DNA from: Dimargaris cristalligena
Taxonomy: Eukaryota
Direction of reading: 5' to 3'
DNA: 40,010 bases
Assembly (NCBI GenBank): GCA_003614675.1
Contig: ML002343.1
Span: 1 to 40,010 of the forward strand
Shown: piece by piece, positions 12,097 through 22,119 of the stretch
Layout: the number at the start of each line of letters is the position of its first letter
How positions within the stretch are numbered: position 1 is the first letter of the stretch
Translations under genes and position numbers: made by a program
Notes under the pieces: model-generated
Databases searched by the model: none
What the model saw: only the letters and a program-made list of their open reading frames with translations
Told to the model about the DNA's origin: nothing

Positions 12097-12474
12097 ATAT
12101 TCGTTCAAACGCCCTTCGCAAAGTATCCGAATGTGGGGATGGGGAATCGATGGAGCCAGCCCCAAAATGGTCGAGGGGGTTTTGGTAGAGCCACAATTGC
12201 AGAAAGAGGACGTGATGGTGGATATATGTTTATATATAGTAAATGATATATACAGCGAAACACTCTACAACAGGGCTTGTTTTATCCACCATTTAATCAG
12301 GCAAATGGCCAACTCAGAGTAGAAAATTACTCTCTCAGGAAATAAAGGTTGGCGGTGAATACAAACAAAGGGATGTACATTGCCTGCGACCGTAATTTTT
12401 AATATGTTATTCATTTACCTGTCGCCCCTAAAGGAATACAAGAAACGGACCTTGTTGGTGGTCGGTGTCATTAA

Positions 12475-15400
12475 TTATGACGAAAAAGGAGAGCCCTCTT
12501 TGGGTGTTCCTTCTATTGGGCCCACCATATTTGGCACTGGCACCTCCTCCTCTTCCCCGCCGGCCCGCTGGCCTGATTCGAACAAACTATCGTACATTTC
12601 ATTACTCAACAACTCATCCAGGGTGCTTTCCAATTCCGGTATTGACACTCGCTGCAGCCGGGCCATTTCCGGAAACAGCTGGTCGTAGAATAAACTCAGT
12701 CGCTGCTCCACCATTTGCTGTTCCTGGGGCAGTTGGCGAATGAGGGTAACTAAATATACGGCCAGCAGTAGTTTACGACTAGGGGTGAACATACGCGCGC
12801 GCATGGCACTGAGTAGAAGACGTGTGGCTTGTTCGCCGGCGCGTACTTGACACCACGCGCGGAGTAGGGCGGCAGTGGCGGGGCTGGTGAGGCGAAGACC
12901 GAGGTGCTGGGCCCGTTGGAGAAATTCGTCGATATGGGCGGGTAGTTGGTGTTGGACGCACGTCTCGAAGAGAAAGATAAGGGTGGTGTTGTTGGGCCGG
13001 AGGCCGTAGTCGATGATTTGGTCCCAGACCTGGAAGGCCAAATGGGGTTGGTCGACCTCCCGGTAGGCCCGGATAAGGGTGTTGAATAAAAGCAAGTCGA
13101 GTGGTTGAATGCCACCACTACCACCATTTCCCGTCTTTTCTGTGGGGACAGCAGCCGGCATAGGGCCTGAATGGGAATACGAGTTGGAACGCGACTGTGA
13201 AAGAGGGGGTGCCGAATCAATAAGTTTGCTCACCGCTGCCACGATGCCCTGGTGTTCGACCCCCTTACACTGTTTAAGTATCCCCACCAAGAGAGCCGGG
13301 TCCACGGTATAGCCATCCTCGCGGTGGCGCATCCGTTCGAGTAGTTCCCACGCACGCTCCAACTCACCGTTTCGGGCCAACGCCGTGATGGCCGCGGTAT
13401 ACAAGGCCCGGTGGAACGGAATGTTCAGTGCCTGGCATTCATCGACGGCGGCCACCGCCAGGGCATTCCGCCGACCTCGCAGGAGTCCCGCAATCACGGT
13501 GGCGTACATAGTATTATCCAGCGCCAGTCCGTCGCGTTTCAAGTCCGCAACAAGGGGACTCACCGCCTCGAGGCGGCCGAGGGCGAGCGCGCAGCGGAGG
13601 AGGGACCGGTAGATCGAATAAGTCGTCGGTAAGCCGAACCGGGCCAATCCGGCCCGTACCGCCAGGGCACTATCCAAGGCGCGGTTTTCGCATAGACCCG
13701 CAATCAAATGGCCGAACACGAAAGCATCGGGTGGGAGTTTATGTTCAACCATCCGGTCGAATAGGGCCCGCGCCGCGTCCACCTCGTGCAGTTGCAGGTG
13801 GGCCCGGATCATGAGGCCGTAAAGGGCCCGGTCCCACGGTTGGTCCCGGAACTGTTGGACGCGGTCCATCATCCGTTCCAGTAAATCGCTACGGTGATGG
13901 ATGGCCAGGCGCAGCATAATGGCTAGGGTGAAGACGTTGGGGGTGACGGGACCCCGTCGCTGGGTCAGTTGTTCGAAATGGGCCACGGCACGCTCGGGAC
14001 AACCCCGGCGGACTAGGGTTTGGAGGATTTGGTTATGGACGATAATGGGGAGCCCGTCAAGTTGGGCGAGGGAAGCGTCATTGACCAAGGAATCGAGCGG
14101 GGTCGACGTGCCCGGGGGTAGCAAGCCCAATGCCCGGATGAAATTGCCGCGTAGAAACGAGTCGATGGGAATGTGGTAGGTTTGGGTATCGACGTAGAGC
14201 TCCTCTATCCAGACCAAGTGAGGATGACTCTCCCCGCCGCTGCTTCCACTACGAAGGCCGTGCATGAGCAATATATCGATGGTATAGCGATCGGGCCCTT
14301 CCGGCCGCCGCTTCAGACTTCGGTATACCTGGAGGGCTCCCCTGGTATTATCCATTTCGAGCAGCCCTAAAATCAGCTGATTACAGTCCTTGCGGGACAG
14401 ATCCGACGTGTCGTGGGGGATATGTTTCAGCATTTCCCGGGCTTCCATGGTTTGGCCTGTGGAGGCGAACCCCCGGAACAGGGTGATGAACACGTACGGT
14501 TCCACCGGAAACTGGTGGCTAAGCCACCCCCGTAGCACCATGTAGCCCTCGTCAAAGGCCCGTAACGCCACACACAGCTGCATGAGAAGGCGCCCGGTTT
14601 GAGCGTCGGGGGTGTACCGATACTGGGGCAATTGCTTTTTTAAAAACGCGAGAGCTCCTGTGGAGCTACGGGTCCTTGCCCGTAAAAAGTAGGTCAGGAG
14701 GCCGTGGATGATGAGTAAAGGGGCTGACACATTGAGCTCCCGGAACCGGTCGAGGACTAGGCAGGCTAGGGCAATGCGGCCCTGAAGGATGTAGCTGTGG
14801 GCCAGGATCCGGCCGTTCCGAACGGCGTGTCGCCGCAACGAGCTGTTGCGCTGGAGTACAGACACGGGACCGCGTAACAGATCCAAGGGCCGGTGAACGT
14901 GCTCGAAATCATCACTCATTCGATCCAGGAGCGCCAGACGCTCGACCCGGGCCGCATCCAAGTGGCGCCGTTGGGCATCAGTGGACTGATCGGGCCCCCC
15001 GGGAGTGTTGTGCGCGATTGAAGTGGCCGTCACTTCTAAATAGTTCATGAGCAGGGTGAGGGCCTGCTGGAACGCCGCGGGGGATAATTGATCGATCAGC
15101 CCATTGTTAGACATGTGCAAGTAACTCCGACGTAGCTGGTCGTAGTCGAAAACCGAACGGGCTAGAGCGGTTTCGAAGGACTCGGGATCCGCAAAAGGTT
15201 CGGGAAGGGATGCGGATAAGATAGCGTCTACCATGGCCGAGCGGCGTGGCTGAGCGGAGGTTCCCGAAGGCGACGGTGGGGTCGGTGTTGGTGAGGAGAA
15301 TGAGGAGGACAAAGACGACGAAGAAGTAGGTAGGGCTTTCGGGCTCGCCCCGTTGGCCTCACTTCCATTGCAGGGGGTGGAGACATTTTGGGGATCTAAG

Positions 15401-15585
15401 GAAGTTGGAGATAACGGTCGTGGTGGATAAAGCGGCGGTGGGCTGGCAAGACACCGGGCCAAATGCAATATAGGATTTAGTAAGACCTGCGGACGCACCG
15501 ACCCTTGGGGAGGGGAACCTCCTAGTAATAGGCGACATTGACCCGTTATCTGTCGAGCCAGAAGACCATAAACGGTATTGAGCAT
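12475..15585 (-). CDS. Pentatricopeptide repeat (PPR) protein, probably mitochondrial
   Basis: Many ~35-aa PPR-like repeats (YGLMIRAHLQLHEVDAARALFDRMVEHKLPPDAFVF; YTAAITALARNGELERAWELLERM; FNTLIRAYREVDQPHLAFQVWDQIIDYGLRPN). The likely start is MLNTVYGLLARQ at 15585, with an acid-poor presequence-like N-terminus. The ORF extends to 15708. Confidence 0.9.
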   Translation of the reverse strand: MLNTVYGLLARQITGQCRLLLGGSPPQGSVRPQVLLNPILHLARCLASPPPLYPPRPLSPTSLDPQNVSTPCNGSEANGASPKALPTSSSSLSSSFSSPTPTPPSPSGTSAQPRRSAMVDAILSASLPEPFADPESFETALARSVFDYDQLRRSYLHMSNNGLIDQLSPAAFQQALTLLMNYLEVTATSIAHNTPGGPDQSTDAQRRHLDAARVERLALLDRMSDDFEHVHRPLDLLRGPVSVLQRNSSLRRHAVRNGRILAHSYILQGRIALACLVLDRFRELNVSAPLLIIHGLLTYFLRARTRSSTGALAFLKKQLPQYRYTPDAQTGRLLMQLCVALRAFDEGYMVLRGWLSHQFPVEPYVFITLFRGFASTGQTMEAREMLKHIPHDTSDLSRKDCNQLILGLLEMDNTRGALQVYRSLKRRPEGPDRYTIDILLMHGLRSGSSGGESHPHLVWIEELYVDTQTYHIPIDSFLRGNFIRALGLLPPGTSTPLDSLVNDASLAQLDGLPIIVHNQILQTLVRRGCPERAVAHFEQLTQRRGPVTPNVFTLAIMLRLAIHHRSDLLERMMDRVQQFRDQPWDRALYGLMIRAHLQLHEVDAARALFDRMVEHKLPPDAFVFGHLIAGLCENRALDSALAVRAGLARFGLPTTYSIYRSLLRCALALGRLEAVSPLVADLKRDGLALDNTMYATVIAGLLRGRRNALAVAAVDECQALNIPFHRALYTAAITALARNGELERAWELLERMRHREDGYTVDPALLVGILKQCKGVEHQGIVAAVSKLIDSAPPLSQSRSNSYSHSGPMPAAVPTEKTGNGGSGGIQPLDLLLFNTLIRAYREVDQPHLAFQVWDQIIDYGLRPNNTTLIFLFETCVQHQLPAHIDEFLQRAQHLGLRLTSPATAALLRAWCQVRAGEQATRLLLSAMRARMFTPSRKLLLAVYLVTLIRQLPQEQQMVEQRLSLFYDQLFPEMARLQRVSIPELESTLDELLSNEMYDSLFESGQRAGGEEEEVPVPNMVGPIEGTPKEGSPFSS

Positions 15586-15940
15586 GCGGAAGGACAAAGG
15601 CAATGTTAGACGACTATAAGGCCTTTCGGGACTGGCGGAATTGAACTCAAAAGCAAGTAAATAAAAAGCTAAGCTGGATCGAATGGTTGCCCAGTGTGTC
15701 GAGTGCATTCAATTGAGCAAGGAAATCGTCCCGTTTTTGGATTCCTGTATATGACTTTGCAAATTGCGACTTAGACTTGAATAGTTCGGCTCGAATGAAT
15801 GAAACCGACTTCATACCTTCACATTTGAATATTTAAAGCCAGAGCCATGAAATTATCTAAATGGCCACTCCGTGGAAAATAATGCTTGGTAATTGGGTTT
15901 TCAAGGTCAAAACTCAATTACCAAGAATCTATTATAAATT

Positions 15941-16016
15941 GGAAGCGGTCCAACTGAGCTGTATAACCAAAATTCCGGTTGATGAAGGGACAGGTATAAC
16001 TCACTGGTTAAAAACC
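15941..16016. mobile_element. Degenerate half copy of the MITE, abutting the start of duplication unit A
   Basis: GGAAGCGGTCCAACTGAGCTGTATAACCAAAATTCCGGTTGATGAAG...ACTGGTTAAAAA matches the MITE left arm (AGCTGTATAACGAAAAATCCATTAGATGAAG...ACTGGTTAAAAA). Confidence 0.55.
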
Positions 16017-16023
16017 TATTTAT

Positions 16024-18520
16024 TCCGTCTGTTCTTCCGTCCTGCTGGTCGTGTTGCACCAATGCAGCCATTGGCTTAGTTAGCCGTTACCGTTACACTG
16101 TTTAGGATGACTGGTTTAGTGTATAGCCAAAACCACTAAACCATTTAACCAATCTGGCATTTTCGTGTATCTCTCCGGTTTTTTACCGAAAAAGCTGCAT
16201 GTATTTGCTAGTACAATTAAGGCCAATCCAATAACCCTTGTATTCACAGGTGTTGCCCCAGCGAGCCTGACATGGCCAGCCGGCCATCAATGAAGGAGGG
16301 CCCAACGGAAGAAAATTGGCACTGCCTATCTAACTAAAGGTAGGGTTCAAACGAAATGGAGGCGCCCCATTTTAGTGTAAAACCCCAAGCCCACCGTCGC
16401 CAACACAGAGCTAAGCAAAGCAGTATTCTTCTTTCAATAGCTGATTTTATCTTATATTTACTTGGTCAATTTGGTCCCCAAATCTCAAGCGGCCTTCAAT
16501 GACATGTGTAGTCCGCTCAATCAATTGTTGATCACCCATCGCCCATAGTATCTGTTAGGCGTCTTACCTCTTGGTAGGCGGATCTCCCATTTTAACTCTT
16601 TTGAATTTCAGGCACAAACGCCAATCATTTCAGAAGTTTTTAAACAAGAACGCCCGGGAAAACATGAAGGCATCTATTGTGTGGACCCTTATCGTCATCG
16701 CACCGGTGCTTTCAGCTCCTTCAACCAGTGCCGGCGCTAAAGTCAATGACCTCGCCGACTTGCCGTACGAAATACAGGAACGGGTTCTGAAAGAAATTCC
16801 CATCGAATCACTTTACGCCGGTGCTACAGCCAACCCCAAGTGGCGGGACATGATACTGAGATATAGGCATACTGTGGTGGACTCGGTAAGTGCTCGTGCC
16901 TTATATAAGTTGACCCCCCCCTTCATGCCACTTGATATATTAAAATGTGCTACAACAGGGTTTCCCCGAACGTGCCGCTTTATTATAGTTTACTTGGGGG
17001 TGCTGTTCTTAACTTGGGAATGGTATAGTGAGGCTTCTAATCTCTTTTGATTGTCTATAACGTTTAACTACACTGTATTCAAATCATCTGGGGTAGGCCC
17101 TAAAAGCACTGCAGCACCTTCCGGACACGAACCAAGTATTCGAGGCCGCCGGTCCCTCGATGGTTCTGCAAGGCCAAGCCGCCCTGGTTCCCCTGTTTGA
17201 CGGGTTTATTGCCTCCACGGTTATTCAAAAACTCATTCGACCTTTACTCGAATCAACGGAATTGACCCACCTCGACCAACCTGGCACGGCGGACTTACCC
17301 CACCGCCGTTCCTACACAAAACTCTTTAGGAATGCTTGGCCGTCTTTCCTTCAACCCCGCCCCGAAAGGTCGGTGGGAGGAACCTCAACCACCCCTACCG
17401 ACACCTCTTACGACTCCACTTTGGCCAACACGGCAGCGACGGCAAACTTGGATGAGGCTGGAGTTGCATCTATATTGGCCACCTATAACAACCGGGCGAG
17501 TGAAACTAAGATTTCTGAATTCAAATCAAGCCCACTGGAGGGTACTTTTTACCCAGCTCTGCAGCTGGTCATGGACGGAAAAGTGGCCGATTTGGTCAAA
17601 TTAACCGGCTGGACCTATAGTCCGGTGTTTGCTTCCTGGGTGGTGAAACATATAGCCCCTCTTATTCCCGGGGATTTGGCCCGAGCCACTGATTACCTGG
17701 TGGTCCAAGAGGTGAACCAATTCACCCAATTTTGTCGGAATTTCGTAGGCAACGACGACAACCACAATACGGAAAGTGAACTACCGAGATGGAACCAGTC
17801 GGAGGAAGGGTCTGTGGAAGATGAGTCCCAAGGTGCCACCACCGCTAATCCGGCGACGACTGTTGCAAACACGGCCGATGCAGTGGCATCAACCAACAAC
17901 AACTGGCGACTGACTCTTCTACCCGAACGATTGGCTGATAACCTGGTCCACTCCATTATTCTAACCTTAGTTCAGCGTGGCGACTTGGCCAGCTTGACCG
18001 ACTATCTGAACCAGGTTCGAACTAATCACCCCCGTGTGGAACCGTTCGTCCCCCTCGTCCTCATCATGGCCGCCAGTGTGGAAATTCCCAACCGCCGGGC
18101 CATTTTTAAATACTTTAAACCGGAACTGAAGGCATGGAATATCCACCGACCCCTTTACAAATGCGCCCAAAAGTACAGCTGGCTTAAAGTCCGCTCGCAA
18201 TTTTCGAAATGGGCCTATACTTTTGAAAGTGAATACTCCTACAAAAACATCATGGTGAGATGTGATTCGTCGGCGCCTAATAATGCGGTGGCCTATTTGA
18301 CCCCCCAGGGGCAAGTATCGTTTCGCTTTTACCACAATTAATAGATCTCTCTACTTAACTCAATTGAATACTAGGCCTGGTGTGGGCGGTAAAAGAATAT
18401 GCAATCTCCTAATACAATCTACCTGTATACATGTATACATTGGTAATGGGGTTGTAAAATCGGATAGTTGACTGGTCAGGTCAGGGTTGTCGGTCAACCT
18501 AACCCCGCATACAAATATTC
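16024..18520 (+). repeat. Tandem segmental duplication, unit A (promoter + gene + 3' flank)
   Basis: Colinear with 18910-21486 from TCTGTTCTTCCG through CTAACCCCGCATACAAATATTCG. Confidence 0.9.
16664..18341 (+). CDS. Signal peptide + F-box-like protein, paralog A (exons 16664-16885, 17097-18341; ~488 aa)
   Basis: Signal peptide MKASIVWTLIVIAPVLSA, then LADLPYEIQERVLKEIPIESLYAGATANPKWRDMI (F-box pattern). A phase-0 intron GTAAGT...GGGTAG joins exon 1 in frame to the 17160 ORF. Confidence 0.85.
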
Positions 18521-18702
18521 GGGAGCACTTATAATATTAACCCGGCCTCCGTTTCCTCCCATTCTATTTAACATAGGTGTTCTACGTCCATATTGTGCCA
18601 TAACTAGCTGAATTCACCCGCACTGCCTCTACATATTAATAGGATGACCCAGACAATTAGCCGAATTACAATTCGGGTCAGTATGTTATTATAAGGACGT
18701 AT

Positions 18703-18844
18703 GGGTGAAATTCGACCCATTTGTATAAGGATTTAAATAATACGTACATGGGAAAATAAACGGGTGATTCTATTATAATCAGCAGTATTTACATCACCCA
18801 ACGGATTTTTCGATATACAGCCCCTAGTTGAATCCAAATCTCCC
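18703..18844. mobile_element. MITE copy 3 (142 bp), between the duplicated units
   Basis: GGGTGAAATTCGACCCATTTGTATAA ... TATACAGCCCCTAGTTGAATCCAAATCTCCC, flanked by AT on both sides. Confidence 0.8.
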
Positions 18845-18909
18845 ATTTACTTTCCCGTGCACTCGTCGTTCCTAACCCTATACAGTTGGCTGGAATTCCA
18901 CCCACATCC

Positions 18910-21486
18910 TCTGTCTGTTCTTCCGCCCTACTGGCAGTTACACTAGTGTAGCTATTGGCCGAAGAAGGCGTTACACTGTTTGGGATGTTTAGTCTATTAT
19001 ATAGCCAGGGCATCGCTAAAATATTTAACCAAGCTGGCGTTTTCGTATATCTCTTCAGCCTATAGCGTATACGTGCCCCTATTTTCCTTGCATAGACTAT
19101 TAAGGTCGCCCCAATAACCTTGGAATCCACATGTGTTACTCCAGCAATACTGACATGGCTAGCCGGCTATAACATGAAAGGGGGCCCAACGGAAGGTTGG
19201 TACTACCTACCTAACTATAGGTAGGGTTCAAGCTAAAAGGAATTGCACCATTTTGGTATAAGAATCCGGGAATATCTTCGCCAGCACGAAGCTAAGCAAA
19301 ACAGCATTCCTCTTTACACGGCCAATTTTATCCTATCTTTATTTGGTTTATTTGGTTTCAACCCTTCGAGTTGTTTTCAATAGCATGTGTAGTCCGCTCA
19401 ATCAACTATTCATCACCCGTCTTCCATAGCACCTGCTAGGCGTATCCCCCATTTAACCATCCCGAATTTCAGGCCCAAACGCCAATCATTTCAGATATTT
19501 ACACGTAAATTTAGCCCAGCACTCGCCAAAATTTATAAACAAGAACGCCCGGGAAAACATGAAGGCCTTTAATGTATGGACCCTTGTCTTCATCGCACCG
19601 GTGTTTTCAGCGCCTTCAATCAGTGACGGCGCTAAAGTCCAAGATCTCGCCGACTTGCCGTACGAAATACAGGAACGGGTTCTGAAAGGAATCCCCATCG
19701 AATCACTTTACGCCGGTGCTACAGCCAACTCCAAATGGCGGGACATGATACGGAGATATAGACATACTGTGGTGGACTCGGTAAGTGCTCGTGTCTTATA
19801 TAAGTTGCCCCCCCCCTCCCTTCTTACCACTTAGCATTGATTGGGAAGCGCGCTGGGGAAGGACAACGTCTTGTATTCAAATGGGTCACCAGGTCTTTAA
19901 CCTGAACACCCCATTTTTGTATTCTAGCATGTTGGGGAAGTAGTATTGTAAATTAGGGAATAACATATAGCCAGGCGTCTTAATTTTTTTTTCTTGAATG
20001 ACAAAATTATATTTTAACGTCACTATATTCAAATCATCTGGGGTAGGCCCTTAAAGCACTACAGCACTTCCCGGACACGGACCAAGTATCCGAGGACGCT
20101 GGTCCCTCGACGGTGCTACAAGACCAAGCCGCCTTGGTTCCCCTGTTTGATGGGTTTATTATTTCTACGGTCATTCAAAAACTCATTCGACCATTCCTCA
20201 AAACATTAAATTTGGCCCATCTTGACCAACCTCGCCCTGCCGATACACCCGAGCCCCACCAATCCTTCGGGAGTCTCTTTAGGCCTAGGTCGTCTTTTCT
20301 TCAACCCCGCCCCGAAAGGTCGGTGGGAGGAACCTCAACCACCCCTACCAGCACCTCTTATGACTCCACTTTGGCCAACGCGGCGGCGACGGCAAACTTG
20401 GATGAGGCTGGAGTTGCATCTATATTGGCCACCTATAACAACCGGGCGAGTGAAACTAAGCTTTCTGAATTCAAATCAAGCCCACTGGAGGGTACTTTTT
20501 ACCCAGCTCTGCAGCTGGTCATGGACGGAAAAGTAGCCGAGTTGGTCCAATTAACCGGCTGGGCCCATAGCCCGACGTTTGCTGCTTGGGTGGCGAAGCA
20601 TATAGCCCCTCTTATTCCCGGGGATTTGGCCCAAGTCGCCGATTATTTGGCGGACCGAGAGGTGGCCCGATACGGCCAGTTATTTTGGTATTTCGCAGGC
20701 TATGGCGATAACCATACCCGAGGTGAACTACCGGAATTGAACCAGCCGGAGGAGGAGGGGCTCGTGGAAGATGAGCCCCGGGATACCACCACCACTAATC
20801 CGGCGGCGGCTGCTTCAAACAGCACAACCGATTCCATGGTTTCAGCCAACGACAACTGGCGACTGACCCTTTTACCCAGCCGACTGGCCGAGAACCTGCT
20901 CCACTCCATCATCCTCACCTTAGTTCAGCGTGGCAACCTGGCCGACTTGGCCGATTACCTAAACCAAATTCGGATGAACCACCCCCCTGTGGATCCCTTC
21001 GTCCCCCTCGTCCTCATCATGGCCGCCAGTGTAGAAATCCCCAACCGCCGGGCCATTTTTAAATACTTTAAACCGGAACTGAAGGCATGGAATATCCACC
21101 GATCCCTTTACAAATGTGCCCCAAAGCATGGCTGGCTTAAAGTCCGTTGGCAATTCTTTAGAATAGAATATGCTTTCGAAAATGAATACTCCTTCAGCAA
21201 CCTTATGGTGCGATGCCATTTGGCGGTGCCTAATAATGCGGTGGCTCATTTGACCTCCCGGGGGCACGTGTCGTTGCGTTTTTACCATAATGAATAGATG
21301 ATCTCTCTATTCAACTCAATTGACTATGAGGCTGTGGTATAGGTGGTAAAAAAATATACAATTTCCTATTATAATCTACCTGTGAACGTGTTTACACGTT
21401 TACATTGGCAATGCGGTTGTAAAATCGGATAATCGCCTGATCAGGTCAGGGCTGTTTCCCAGTCTAACCCCGCATACAAATATTCG
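18910..21486 (+). repeat. Tandem segmental duplication, unit B
   Basis: Colinear homolog of 16024-18520, including upstream region, intron ends and 3' flank. Confidence 0.9.
19559..21297 (+). CDS. Signal peptide + F-box-like protein, paralog B (exons 19559-19780, 20047-21297; ~490 aa)
   Basis: MKAFNVWTLVFIAPVFSA + LADLPYEIQERVLKGIPIESLYAGATANSKWRDMI. Same 222-nt exon 1 and same GTAAGT...GGGTAG intron position as paralog A. Confidence 0.85.
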
Positions 21487-21499
21487 AATGCATTCATAT

Positions 21500-21635
21500 G
21501 GGAGAGATTCAATATGGCCATAAAACCAAAAATTCGTTGAATATTGCAAAAACCACGGCATGAAAGTAAATATACCCCTTGTTTTCCCATACATATATCA
21601 TTTAAAACTGTATACAGCTGGGTCGAATTTCACCC
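21500..21635. mobile_element. 136-bp MITE, copy 4
   Basis: GGGAGAGATTCAA ... TATACAGCTGGGTCGAATTTCACCC, flanked by ATAT/ATAT; 136 bp; more diverged internally. Confidence 0.8.
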
Positions 21636-22119
21636 ATATAGTTATTGACCCTCGCCTACAGTATTCCCGCCAGTTTGCCAAAGTAGTGGTTTCTATGGTT
21701 ATCTACGATTTTTCCATGTGGCCTCTTCACGGATGCAAGCAATTGCATATAAGTTCAATGAGCAACGCCTGTGGTATCCACCTTGGAAATGAGAAGAAGA
21801 GGGCGGTCTATCTCCCTTTCAACATCAACCTATGAAGAAGCTTCTTTGATGCTCAATGCGTCTAATCCCCGGCTCTCGACATTAACCACCAAATCGAGCC
21901 ATATAGCAATGAACCAAGGAAAATAAAATTGATATTTGTATAGCCGTGCAATAGAATAGTAGACACTAGGGTGGAGTGGAGGGAGAAAAACTAGCTTTTA
22001 TGGTGCGTGAACTTATACTGTAAATAAGCAACAACTAAAAAACTTAAATAACAAGAGGATTCAACCAATGCACAAAAACGTATATAAATATTTTTAATTA
22101 AAAAAATAATTTGGAGATT

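Noticed and set aside
15586-15708. Longer N-terminus of the PPR ORF (MHSTHW...)
   Set aside because: Looks like 5' leader, and the second Met gives a better presequence; not proven.
16571-17050. 159-aa ORF (and the 91-aa ORF at 19559-19834) as complete genes
   Set aside because: Both read through the conserved GTAAGT donor into intron sequence, and their tails are not conserved between the paralogs.
7273-21635. CRISPR-like or tandem-array interpretation of the recurring motif
   Set aside because: Copies are kilobases apart, in both orientations and bounded by TIRs, in a eukaryotic context.
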